DNA of 64,000 nt from Octopus vulgaris (lineage: Eukaryota). The DNA lies in contig OX597819.1 in NCBI GenBank assembly GCA_951406725.2, positions 27,838,001-27,902,000 of the forward strand, given 5' to 3'. The translations under genes and the position numbers were made by a program. The notes below the pieces were generated by a model, which was not told where the DNA came from, did not search any database, and saw only the letters and a program-made list of their open reading frames with translations. Below, one piece after another: positions 13,560 through 27,400 of the stretch (position 1 is its first letter; each line of letters begins with the position of its first letter).

Positions 13560-13994
13560 TTCTTTCCTCTACCTAATTACGTTACTCAGTGACGATAAAT
13601 GCTGTGACTACAAAGACCCGGGCTGCTTTCTGCAGCAATTCCACATACCCCCTACCCATTCTAAGTACCCCGGATCCCCAAAGTACCCTGGATCCCCAAA
13701 GTACCCCGATCCCCAAAGTACCCCGGACCTCGTTGTCCCCGTGCCGCTGACACGTTAAAATGCTCGAACCGATCGTGACGATGCCAGACCCTCCGGCCCC
13801 TGTGCAGGTGGCACGTAAAAAGCACCCAATCCACTCACGGAGTGGTTGGCGTTAGGAAGGGCATCCAGCCGTAGAAACTCTGCCAGATTCAGACTGGAGC
13901 CTGGTGCGGCCCCTGGCTTCCCAGACCCGGTCAAACCGTCCAACCCGTGCTAGCGCGGAAAGCGGACGTTAAACGATGATGATGATGATGATGA
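13560..13994 (+). mobile_element. CpG-rich family C (RTE 3' end) copy with a 5' tandem 18-mer array, flanked by (AT)n
   Basis: gtggcacgtaaaaagcaccc...ggaaagcggacgttaaac(gat)n; AAGTACCCCGGATCCCCA repeated ~3.6 times at 13663-13727. Confidence 0.8.
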
Positions 13995-14274
13995 TATATA
14001 TATATATATATATGTGTGTTTGTGTATAAAATCATTTTAACGTCTACTTTTCCATGCTTGCATGGGTTGGATGGATTTTATTGAGGCAAATTTTCTATAG
14101 CTGGAAGCCCTTCTTGTTACCAGCCCATACCTGTTTCCAAACAAAGTTGTAGTCCCCCATGACTAGACATGTTTTCACAGATCATTGGAAAAGAATGACA
14201 TTCATATGCAAATTTACAACAATCATGGGATGTCAAGACAAGGAGACAAACATTCACACACACATACACATAAA

Positions 14275-14305
<31 letters not shown>

Positions 14306-15366
14306 CAGACAGACTTTTAGTTTTCATCTACTAGATTTGCTCCCAAATTTTTGATAATCTTGCCCAAGGTGCCACACAGTGGGACTGAACCTGACAGTAA
14401 ACTTCTTAGTCACACAGCTATGAACAGAGATCTGTTGACAGGTCCCTGATACATTTAAAATAAAGTGTTAATACTTACTGTATGCAAATTAGTAGCTCCA
14501 GTTTTCTGTAACTACTGTAATTGTTGAGCATATAAACAGATTGGCTCCTTGTTTCTCTGGGATTGGTCAAATTGATGTAGACATTTCTGATGAGACTCCA
14601 ATAAGATTCAGAAATTGATTAAGGTTGTTCATAATTTTTTTCAGTCTATGGAGAAACAGCTAAATTAGTCCTGCTTATAAAGGTACTATATTGGTTACAT
14701 ATATGTAACCAATATAATTTTTTCTCTCACTGCTTATTTCTGTTGAAGAGCATAGGCTCGAAATGCAAGACTTTCTCATCTGTTTGTTGTTTACACACCT
14801 GTCTTCATCTTCTGTTTTGTTTTGTTTTTGTAAATTCCAATTACACATAGGTACATATGCATGTGTGTGTGCAATACTTATAAGTCTGTTTGGTGTAAAT
14901 CAGTGAGATTAGAATTAATATGAGCTACATATATGTTTATGTATATATGTACATGCTTGATATTTTGATAGTGCACACACATTCGTGTGTGTGTGTACAT
15001 ATTTAGTTTTGATGTTGGATGGCTTTGTGTGTCAGTAAATTTATTAGTTGTTTAGTCCTTCATTAACTTTGACCAAGCACAGCTGTATTGAAAGACATTC
15101 TAATCATGACCATCTAATCATTTTAGGTATATGTAGGAGAGCATCATTAATGACCTTCCTTATTTAAGATGGCAGGTTGACATCGGAGAGAAATTTAGCT
15201 GGTATTTCTAGCATATTGTTGAATCTCCTTGTAAAGCTTCTTCATTGGCTTGTGTACATAATTGTATTGTTTTTCAGATTGTACTTGAACAATTGGTGAA
15301 TTAATGTTATTTCTTTTACAACACAGAATATGATGTGTTTAATTATGTAATTTTTACTTTTTTCAG

Positions 15367-15459
15367 ATCTGTATTAATATGATATACTGCACACTGATAC
15401 TTCTTAGCAAACTTATCCAGTACATCGTTTTTGGAGAGCTACGTATCAGTGAACACCAG
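15367..15459 (+). CDS. AMFR: AMFR exon: ICINMIYCTLILLSKLIQYIVFGELRISEHQ
   Basis: tttcag|ATC...CAG|gtatgt; 93 nt, phase 0/0; resembles vertebrate KLIQCIVFGPLRVSERQ. Confidence 0.93.
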
Positions 15460-18400
15460 GTATGTTACTTAACAAATCACTTTATTTGATATTTTGTAAA
15501 TATATACAAGTTGTATGTGGGTCTAATGAGAGTAGAAAGCATATCATGGTTGAATCAAATTTTGAATGTCGAGAAGACCAATATAGGCTGACTGCTGTCT
15601 TCATATAAAGAAATCTGAAACTAAATGCTCATAAAAATAGGAATTGGAATTTAATTTTTTTTGACATTTCTAGAAAGATTTATTATAGATTCTTTGCAGA
15701 ATGTCTTCACTTAACTCTTCATGTTATATCTAGCTGTCATAAATAAACAAACTGTTTTATGGTTTACGTCAAACCTTGTTCATCAAACCAAGCACCAGCA
15801 CCAACATCACTGCACTTGCTTCATGAGTCCAGTGGCAGTAGGAAAGAGATGATAGAGACAAGGAAAGAATGTTACTGGAAGTCTTCAGCTTTGACCCTGT
15901 ACATAGTTGGCCATAGGGTGTCTTGCTGTATATTAATCTTAATTATCTCAAGTGATGTTTTTCTTGATATGTGACAAATTAAGTTATCCTCAATGTTTTA
16001 ACATCCATTTTCTTCATGGGGTTGAACAGATCTGCTCTACAACATATCATTTGTTTTTGTATATCACTGTCTTTTGTATGAGGCTCAGCATCTTGTGGTT
16101 TGATCACATTTCATTATATTTTTCTCTTCCATGGGTAACCTCCACTAGGACAGAAAAGTTTTTTTTCACTCGGCTCTTGTTATCCACATGATCATACCAG
16201 CACAGTCGTTTCTCTTGCCTATTTTGGTTGTTGCTTTTAATGCACAACCATTTCTTCAGCTCACCTCCGATCTGCCTTTCTTACATGTTAACCTGACACA
16301 TTCTCGGTATCATGTTTTCTTCCAGACCCTGCAAATCTTCCATATTCAATAGCCATGTTTCACTACTCTGCAACTTCATACAGTCTTTCTTTCATCTGAA
16401 GATAAAAAACCCTTTGTTATCCCCCCCCCCCCAAGAAGCAAAATTCTTTCTGTTTTTCTACCTCTTCCTTACTCCTACCAACTTATATTAAATGTAGCAC
16501 TAATTAGATCACTGATGATACATAAACTATCAACTACATATTGAGAGCAGTCAATGGAGTTACATTTTATAGTTCTTCCTGTTTCACTTTATAGACTGTG
16601 TTCTTACTGGGACACCATCTAAAAAAAGTTTTAGTCATTCTTATCAACTAGAGAGACCATATGGTTTAAAAGCAAACTTCTTAACCACACAGTTATTCCT
16701 GTTCCTATTGTTAACCTCTCCCACTTATGTATTACATCAGAAAAACTGATTCTTTGTCACTGCAAGAGATTACACTGCACCTGTTTTGTATTTATTACTT
16801 CTATTGATAAGGTGATACCTTCTTGTTAAATTTGCTGGCTTCTTTTTTAAAACTTGCTGTTAATTGCTTAGTAGTTTGTTTATTTTCAAGTGATCCGTCT
16901 TGGTAATTATTATTTGCCTGAAAAATTTCACTAATCCAGAAAATGTGATTAATAATGATTTAATTGGTTATTGAAAGAATTTAAATTATTTCAACAAAGA
17001 TAATAACTAATTCTGAAGAAGAATATTGTTGCAGTCTGTAGTGAGTTCAGATTTCGCTGAGATCAACTTCACTTTTTATCCTTTTGGGTGTTACTAAAAT
17101 AGAATATCAATCCAGGATGATGAATTGAGGAAATTGTTATAATGTCTTATGAGATGCCTTGTGATGTTTCTCCCAGCTGTTTGTGTTGTAAGTCCTTGAT
17201 CCCTATTTAATGCCACCATCTAGTCTATGAATGTCTTTAGCAGAATTCACTCTGTTGTTAGCAATCAATCAGATTAGATCTCTCATTTGAGGATAACTTC
17301 CACCATCCTTCCCACCAGTCTTGGAGGCCTGAAAAAAAATAGACTTATGATGCTGCTTTATCTGTTCCTGACAAAGTGGTAAAAAACCCCACGAATGTAT
17401 CTAAATGGATCTAAAAGCAGAAAATACAATTCTCTTTTAATTTAAAACCGTGATTGAGAAATGAGTAAATACACAGATTTTGTTTTTATGTAACTTCATA
17501 ATACATTTCAAGTAAATGTTTAACTTCTAGTTTGTCTTTCATTCTACTTTCATAACAGTTATTTATAATACAGGTTCAATGCTAGTTATTCACTGACATT
17601 TACTTCTTCACAAAAACTAATGCGTAGTAAGCTGCTGGAATGTTTGTGTAGTGGAACAAGTAGCTTGGTCCAATGTAATCCTCTTAGTTATTGGTATTAT
17701 GCTTTTGTAGCTTCACTCGGTGCTGGCATTAAGCCACATCACAGAAGCAAGGCAGTTCAGTGTTAAAACAGTTGTTTGCTGTCACATTTCAGTGATCAGG
17801 TCATAACAACTTAAGTAATAAAAAGAGAAAATTTTAATTAAAATGGCAACATAAGAAAATAAATACTTTTTCATCTTGATGAGATATCAAAGATTTTGTT
17901 TATAAATCAGTGTTGGAAGTTTGACCACCTTGTAGACATAGTGAGCTTTTATGCTCTCAATCAATCTGTTTGTAACAGAAACAAAATCTCCTTTAAATCA
18001 AGCTATTTTGTCTTTAGAAATATTAAAAGACATGACACATTGGACACTGTAGTCTTAATCAAATATACAAGATAATTGGATGGTCACATCTGGAATACTT
18101 TTGATTAGAAGTTTACTCATTGAAAGCTGACCTTGTTTTAAACAACAACCTACATATTGTCTGATTTATGAAAATTAAGATTTACAGATGGCCACAATCT
18201 TGAAACAATTGAAGACTTCTTTGTCAAAGCACAAATCAAATCAAACAGGTTGTCTATCTTGTGTATACAAATGCACAAACAAATTTAGTATGGAAAACTA
18301 GTGACACATTTGTTTTTTTATAAGTTAGTGAAAAGACAGGAGATAGCCTTGACTTTTCTTTTAGGTCTTCTCAGTCTGGGGAAGTTGAAGGGATTAATAT

Positions 18401-21400
18401 GCAGTTTGGAGATCCTTAGGTCAAAGTGTGCAAGAAAAAATTGTGGTAGAAAGCTTTCTAGGAGATTGTAGTTCTCAATAGGAAACATTAGGTAAAATAT
18501 TTAGTAGATGATCTAGTATGTAAGAGTGATAAGAGAATATGTATCAGATTGAATTGTGGGGAAGCTAGTTCAGCATGTTGATGATAAGGACAATTTTGCA
18601 GATCAATCAGAGAACCATTTTGGGTTTAGTCTTGGATGCCTATGTGTAACAGCAGCAACATGTAATGTACTTCTGATTTGTTGCAACTGATGAGGGTTGA
18701 AGTGTTTCCTGGCACTGAACAAGAAGGCTATTCTTTGAGATGTGGTTTTAGACAAGTCATGTGTGAGGTTTGCATGAAGGATCAATGTGAGACAGTGTAG
18801 TGTCTATAGCAACTATGACTAATTCCTTGATACATATAATAACCGTGTCTTTGCACTGTTAAGAACCTAGAATCCCTTGTCTCTATTGGTAAGTGTGTCT
18901 TAAATGAGACTCTAAAACTAGTGTTTAGCTGTGTGTGGAGGATACCTGCGTATAGAAGGTTAAAGAAGAGTGTAGGTGGTATCTTCTGCATATCATTGTA
19001 TGTTAGAAGTTGCATTATGTTGGTCCTTTAAATTAAGGACCAACATAATTTACAACTTAATTTACATAAGCAAAACATGGGAAAACACAGCCTTACTTTA
19101 GAGTACACTAGAATTACATGTGTTAGTTAGAAAGTAGCAAGCCAGCAGCACTTTGCTGCATTGGAGAGGTTTGATTGGAAATCATTCAAGAGATTTGAGA
19201 GAAATTAAGAGGCACAAACCATGCTTAATTAGTTGCTAGTTACTTTCAAGGATAAAGTGAAATAAAGCCTGAAGTACATATAGATAAATACCTGATACCA
19301 ATACTTAATTAATGAGTCCTGGAGATGTATGTGCTTGAGAAGCTAGCAGATTTGGAGCCTTAAAATTAATTAGAACAATGAATGGATAAGGTAGGCAATA
19401 ATGCTTATTAGAGCTCCTGTTTAAGTCTCATTGGACTTATTTGTTGTACTGATTAATGAAACAATGTGAAATAAATTTATCACATGTACGTACTAATAAT
19501 TATGTGCACAATCACAGGCATGTGGCCCTGCACATTCAAAGTTGTTTGCAATTGTGAGAGGCACATGTGTGTTCATACATATGTACACAATAGTCATTTC
19601 TTTGTTAGTAAAAATGGAAATGCAACACCATTTATCAACAGCTGAAATTAGCTGAATACAAAATAGATAGATGGGATAACATTTAAAACTGTAGAGAGAG
19701 TTAGAGAGAAGAAAGGGAGGCAGAGTGTGAGAGAGATGGTGGTGTGAACTAAAGAAATTAGCTTTTGTCTATTCATGGAGTCAAAAGCTAATTTTGAATT
19801 GTACATTGAACAATTAGAAGAAATTGTAAATAGTGAAATAAATCACAATTGTGATCAAAATTCTGACTTTTTTGTCCCTGATTCTCTTTCACGACTTTAT
19901 CAAAATGTGGAACTTTCTTGCTGATTGTGGTCCACAGGTCTGCCTGTTGATCCAGGTGATTCCTAGATTTTGTTTTGATGGACAAAAGAGAACTGAATTT
20001 AGATTAATGCATGTATGTTGTTGCCAGTAGAATGAGGACGTAGTTCTTGATCATAGTCTCTTAAGGGTTAAAATGACATAAGTAGAATAATAGGCGGCAA
20101 GCTGGCAGAAACGTTAGCATGCTGGGCGAAATGCTTAGCGGTATTTCGTCTGCCATTACGTTCTGAGTTCAAATTCTGCCAGGGTCGACTTTGCCTTTCA
20201 TCCTTTAGGGGGCGATAAATTAAGGAACAGTTAGGCACTGGGGTCGATGTAATCGACTTAATCCCTTTGCCTGTCCCCTCTATGTTTAGCCCCTCGTGGG
20301 CAATAAAGAAATGAGAATAAATTGCTTACTGTGCTTAGTGGAATAAAGTTTTTTTGGTCTTTTTTAGGTGTTAATGATTTTATTCTGAAAAGTTTAATCA
20401 AGTATATGCTTTCCCTCTTGGTTACACCACCTAAAATGCCATCTCATAGTTCCCAAATTAGAAATCCCTAACTGTTATCATCATTAAAGGCTGAATTGAT
20501 TCTCACAAGCTTTTTATTTTATTCATATTTGAACCAGCCATATCCGGCCCAAATATTTTATGTTTTATGTTCAAACTGACCCTGTCCAGCTTCTCACACC
20601 CATTCTACAATGTCATTCTAAGAATAAGCGAACACAACCACAAAAATTTCAAAGCTACATGATAATGTCTGATTAATTTCAAAGAATGTGAATATACAAG
20701 CATTACATTTGATTGAGTAATCTTAATACTAAAGAGTTAACATTTCCATCTAAATAGCAGAACTTTTCTTTATTAATAAATTGAGTGGTTAAGAATGGTT
20801 CTTGCATCAAGATATTAAGGAAATTTTATATATTCAGTGAAATGATTATTTAATATAGACATAAGATCTACATACAATATGGGAAAATGAGAGTGTATAG
20901 TATTACATTTTTTCATAAGAACTTGTTATTGAAAGGAAGTGTTTTATAATTGCATGAGAGCAGGAGAGAGACTAATATATAGTGCAGGTACCTGTTATGT
21001 CATTAAAAGTAATTGTAACACTTCCAAATAGTAAATTTAAAACTATATTTACATGAGATAAGCATTAACTATTTAAGCTGTCAGCTTTTGATATACCATA
21101 GTTTATTGGTTAATTATGAGCAATAGTGTGCTATAAAGTAATTACTGACAATTATCCATTTTTACTTAATTGATCCACTGTCATTTTCTGTTGGCATGTA
21201 GAAGAAAAAAAAAAGAGAGAAAGAGAGAAAGGAACTGAGACAAAGTAAATTATATGTATATTGTATTTTCATGTGGTAAGGAGCTTGCTTCCCAACCACA
21301 TGGTTTCCGGGTTCAGTCCCACTGTGTGGCACCTTGGGCAAGTGTCTTTTTCTATAGCCTTGAGCTGACCAAAGTGTTGAGTGAATTTGGTAGATGGAAA

Positions 21401-24400
21401 TTGAATGAAGCCCATTGTATATACACATATATATATGTGTGTATTTGTTTGTCTGTATTTGTCCCCCCACCATTGCTTGACAACCGATGTTGGTGTGTTT
21501 ATGTCCTCGTAACTTAGTGGTTCAGCAAAAGACACCTATAGAATAAGTAATAGGCTTACAAAGAATGTTTGGAAGTCGATTTGTTCAACTAAAGGTGGTG
21601 TTCCAGCATGGCCACAGTCAAATGACTGAAGCAAGTAAAAGAATAAAAGAATACCATTGCCAACATTAGGCTGAGCTTTAGTTTAAAAGAAACTTCTTGA
21701 ACTACTTTTCCATTCTGAGAAATTGAAGTGTATTGTAGTTTCGTGAGTGTGCCTTCAGATTTTTGTGTTGCTAGACCAGTAATGTTTTGTTAGTGAAACC
21801 TGGTCTCTGTGAGTTGAGTGGTTGTACGGTCTCACTTGAAAATATCTATGCATGTAAGGTACACCTTGTAAGACTTTAAGTCAACATACTTTGTGTATTT
21901 GCTTGTGAAGGAGATGAAGAAGAGACTATACTGATTCTATTATATATATATATATAACACACCCACACCTATTACTCTCCTGGATTGGTTGGCATTAGAA
22001 AGGGCATCCAGCTGTAGAAATCATGCCAAATCAGACTGGGACCTGGTGCAGCTCTCCAGTTCATCAGCTCCAATCAAACTGTCTAACCCATGCCAGCATG
22101 GAGAGCGGGCATTAAATGATAATGATGAACACACTAGTGGGGATAGGTGATTAAAGAAAGAATTCATTTTCCAGGGGAATGGCACTGGTCCTGAGAGATA
22201 TCTAGAGAAATCTCAAGTAGACAATTTCAACTAATCTGAATAGTGTCAACATCTTCTAGAACCCCTATCAGTGATGGTTGACCATTTAGCAGCACCTGGA
22301 AGTTGCCTTTGCATGCAAGTGTCATCTAAAGGAAAGGTGCCACAGCATCAGTAATGGATTATAAGCTCAACAAGGATATGATGGTTATGTCAATTTGAAT
22401 GTTCAGCTCCCAGGTATAGAGTAGAAAAGATGGGAAACTGCTGGCATTTGGGGCAGTTGAATTCTGCATGTTTACCCATTGGATTTAATTTCAAACCCTG
22501 AAAAACAACGCTGTTGCATCATATGATTAATTGAAAACAACGTGAATAAATAAACATCACATTTGAAAAAGTAATCTGAATGCTAAAGAATTAAAATTAA
22601 GTTACACAATCATTTAGCTAACTTTAAAACTCACAAAGAAAACTGGTAATTTCATGAAGATAAAAGGTTGTGGTGATAGTTTAGAAGATGGCATCTATGA
22701 ATCATTATGATCTTTACAGGTACAAATACCGATTAATATCAGTCATTGTTGATAAAGATTTAGAGTTAATCCTTGACAATGATTAAATGGGTTAAAAGAG
22801 GTGCCATTCACTTTGAAGTTATCTATTTTTACTCTGCCTTCTAAATTCTATATATAGTATACATTTTCAAATTTGTTGTATTGCATGTCTATTTATATAT
22901 TTTTTCCATCTATTTTCAGAACTTGAAAGATAACTTTTGGAACTTTGTCTTTTATAAGTTCATTTTTATCTTTGGAGTGATGAATGTACAAACAATGAGT
23001 GAAGTTATCAGTTGGGTTACCTGGTTCACTGTCCTTGGATTTCTAAATCTGCACACCCAGCTGTGTAAAGATAGATTTGAATATGTGAGTAATCTTTACA
23101 ATCATTTCCACATATCTTGAACTTTTAATCAATAAATTCAATGGGAATCGTTGGCAAAAAAAAAAAAAAAAAGAAACATTTTATGAAGTACTGGCCCCAT
23201 GTGTAAAATGTTGGCATGTGTAACAACCAGCTAACTGTTTTTATTATATGGAAATTTAATACTAAATTAACATTTTCATCATCGTAACACCCACTTTTCT
23301 GTGCTAGCATGGGCTGCTTGAAATTCATTGAGGCAGATTCTCTGGGGACTCCCTGTTGTTAACTCTCATCCATTTCCAAGTAAGATAATATTTCCCTATG
23401 ACTGGACATATTTGTTTTCATGGAAGGTTGGACATGAAGGACACCAACTGTATGATGAGAGTTCTTCTTCAAAAGAATCACACTATGTCAAGACACACAC
23501 ATACACATTATATTTTATTCTCTTACTTATTTCAGTCATTTGACTGTGGCCATACTGGAGCACTGCCTTAAATGCTTTTAGTCAAAGAAATCAACCCCAA
23601 AACTTATTCTTTGTAAGCCTAGTACTTATGCTATTGGTCTCTTTTGCTGAACCACTAAGTTATGGGGACATAAACACACCAACATCAGTTGTCAAGTGAT
23701 GGTGGGGGACAAACATGGACACAAAGACATACACACATAATTTGATTGACAGAAACTGTAGAAGCCTGTCGTATATATATATATATAGCAAAATCAAAAT
23801 CAAATTCGATGACTGGTGTCCGTGCTAGCAGGGTGCAAAGAGCACCATACAAGCGTGATCGTTACCAACGTTGCCTTACTGGCACCTGTGCTGGTAGCAT
23901 GTGTAAAAGGATTCGAGCGAGGTCGTTGCCAGTACCGCCTGACTGGCCCCCGTGCCGGTGGCACGTAAAAAGCACCTACTACACTCTCAGAGTGGATGGC
24001 GTTAGGAAGGGCATCCAGCTGTAGAAATTCTGCCAAATCAAGATTGGAGCCTGGTGCAGCCACCTGGTTTGCCAGCTCTCGGTCAAAATCGTCCAACCCA
24101 TGCTAGCATGGAAAGCAGACGTTAAATGATGATGATGATGATGATGATATATATATACACGACAGGCTTCTTTCAGTTTTTGTCTACCAAACCCACTCAC
24201 AAGGCTTTGTTCAGCCCAAGGCTGGATTTCTTTTAATTTCCATCCATCAAATTATCTTACAAAGCTTTGCTCAGCCTGAGGCCACAACAAAACACACCCA
24301 CCTAAGGTACCTTTCAGTAGAACCGAATGAAACCATGTGTCCACAAAGTGAACTTCTTAACCACACAGCCATAATTAACTAAATATATAGCAAAAAAGGG

Positions 24401-27400
24401 TGAAACATTTTAGAGATATTTTAAGGAAGCTGCTTTGAGTATTTCAGGTAGATATTCCACAAATGGCATCACTAAAACTCAATAGTATACAAGTTTTTAA
24501 TAGGAAGTAAAACATACCAAATTGTCGTAGATTTAGGCCAACTACTTACAGTATTATAATGTGAACAAACGACATTAACTATATCTTTATACATTTTACT
24601 GTAGTTGTGCTGATAGATGAATCAACCCATTGTAATGTGGATCTCCACACAAGACTTAATGATCTCAATTACTTAAAAAGGAAGTTGGTGTAACATTATA
24701 CATTGGACATTGAATGTAATTGATTTTATTATTGTAAATAACTAAGCATGTGACTTTCTCAGTTTAAAATGGCTCAGTATTAGTTTTCTGAAATTTGTGA
24801 AGGTCCCTAATGTAAATGTCTGTATTCTTTTGGTTTCCTTAGTAACATGGTGGTGCTATGGTTATGATTCAGTGGTGGGTTAGAAACTGTAATTTTATCC
24901 TGGTTGAAAACGTATATAATTTCATGTTTTCTCTGGTTGTATAACATCCCATTCCTCAGTAGCTAAACATGTCGGATGATTTCTTCAGAATTGTTGTGAA
25001 AGCTCAAGTAGGTTGAGGAACAGATTTTATTGATTTTTGTAAGGGAAATGTCTGATGTTTTCTTATAGAATACTGTCATAAATTTTGTTGTTCTTTTTTT
25101 GTGAAATTGACCAACTCACACTCCCTTTGGTTTGGTATTTCACCTCTTAGTCTTAATCATTCCTGTTCTGTTTTTATTTGGCCTGTTGCTCCAGTAAGTG
25201 AGACAAAAATCCAGTGTATAGGAATCAAATTCTTGTTGCTTTCATTCAAAAGGTTAACTTTAAACACTCAGTTATTCATTGTAGAATGAATATGGATTCT
25301 GATTTGGTTAGAAAGAAAAAAGTTTAAATGGGTTCCCATTACCACTGAAAATAGAGCTGATATTATGACAGCAGAAAACAAAGTTTAGCATTTTTGGTTC
25401 TTGTTATAATGAATTGTTAATGCCAGTGTTTTTTTTTTTATCATGAAATAAGCAGTTCATTGTTCTGTGTAGATATTAAGTGTTGCTAAGTTTGAAAGTT
25501 TTTTGTTTTAATTTTATTAGTATGCATGAAATAAAAAAGCTACCATGTTTCACCATTTGACCCATTAGAATAATGCTTACTCAAATTTCTAAGATATATT
25601 TTAATCTGATATCTGAATCTAGAGTAGAAACTGTTTTAGAATACATTAGTTTTCAGCATATTTATCTAATTACCAGAAACTGTCACGTATTAATGCATAT
25701 GGGTTAGCTCTACCAATTCACATCAATTACATTTGCACAATGGACATTTTTAATGCATATTTCATCTTGTTCAACACTAAAACAAAAAGTAACATCTTAT
25801 TTGCCCTTATATTGTGATTAATTTCTAGTCAACCAGAGTACTTCATGAAAAATAATAAAAAAAGCAGCTTTCATATAGGCACAGTTATCGCTATATAGTT
25901 AAGAAGCTTACTTTGCAATTAAGTTCAATACAACTGCATAGCTCCATGGCAAGTTCCTTCTACTATAGCCCTGGACTAGCCAATGCATCAAAAGGGAATT
26001 TTATAAACAGAAACTGTGTTTACGTGTGTATGTATGCATATATATGTAACACAAAAAGCATCATTCGAGCGTGGTCAATGCCAGTGCCACCTGACTGACC
26101 TTTGTGCCAGTGGCACATAAAACGCACCCACTACACTCGCATAGTGGTTGGTGTTGGGAAGGGCATCCAGCTGTAGAAACCTTGCCAAATCAGATTGGTG
26201 CAGCCTCCTGGTTTGCCAGTCTTCAGTCAAACTGTCTAGCCGATGCCAGTATGGAAACCATCATCATCATTGTCGTTTAACGTCCGCTTTCCATGCTGGC
26301 ATGGGTTGGATGGTTTGACTGAGGACTGGCAAGCCAGAAGGCTGCACCCAGCTCCAATCTGATCTGGCAAAGTTTCAACAGCTGGGTGCCCTTCCTAACG
26401 CCAACCACTCCGAGAGTGTAGAGGGTGCTTTCTACATGACCCTGGTATGAGGGCCAGTCAGGCGGCACTGGCAACGACCACATTCGAATGGTGTTTTTTA
26501 TATGCCACCAGCACAGAACCAGTCAGCTAGCACTGGCATCGACCACTCTCGAATGGTGCTTTTTACATTCCACTGGCACGGGTGCCAATCAGGCGGTACT
26601 GTCAAGGCGGCGAGCTGGCAGAAACGTTAGCACGCTGGGCGAAATGCGTAGCTGTATTTCGTCTGCCGCTACGATCTGAGTTTAAATTCCGCTGAGACTT
26701 CACCTTTCATCCTTTAGGGGTCGATAAATTAAGTACCAGTTATGCACTGGGGTCGATATAATCGACTTAATCCGTTTGTCTATCCTTGTTTGTCCCCTCT
26801 ATGTTTAGCCCCTTGTGGGCAATAAAGAAATAGGTACTGTCATTGGCCATGACAACGATCTCACTTGCCTCAACAGATCTTCGCAAGTGCAGTTTATTGC
26901 CAAATGATTGAAGGGTGCTCTTAAGTGGGCTGGTTATGCTATACTGGCATAGGCCACAGTTACGGTCTCACTTGGCTTGCCGGGTCTTCTCAGGCACAGC
27001 ATATCTCCAGAGGTCTTGGTCACTTGTCATCGCCTTGGTGAGGCCCAATGTTTGAAGGTTGTGCTTCACCACCTCATCCCAGGTCTTCCTGGGTCTACCT
27101 CTTACACAGGTTCCCTCTACTGCTAGGATGTGAGACTTTTTCACACAACTATCCTCATCCATACACAACACATGACCATACCAGCACAGTCATCTCTCTT
27201 GCACACCACATCTGATGCTTTTATGTCCAACTTTTCTCTCAGGGTGCTTACACTCTGTTGTATATGCACACTGACATTACACATCCAGCGGAGTATACAG
27301 GCTTCATTCCTTGCAAGCTTACGCATGTCCACAGTAGTCACAGCCCATGTTTCACTGCCATATAGCATAACTGTTCGCACATGTGTCATACAGTCTACCT

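Noticed and set aside
13663-13727. Short direct-repeat array superficially like CRISPR
   Set aside because: No unique spacers, eukaryotic context and no cas genes
1-15366. Search for the AMFR start exon or promoter
   Set aside because: No N-terminal AMFR-like peptide or CpG-rich promoter recognised; probably upstream of the window, though a diverged short exon could have been missed
22190-22480. Possible very old CR1-like RT remnant (also ~10420-10760)
   Set aside because: Only faint motif resemblance; cannot be supported without a profile search
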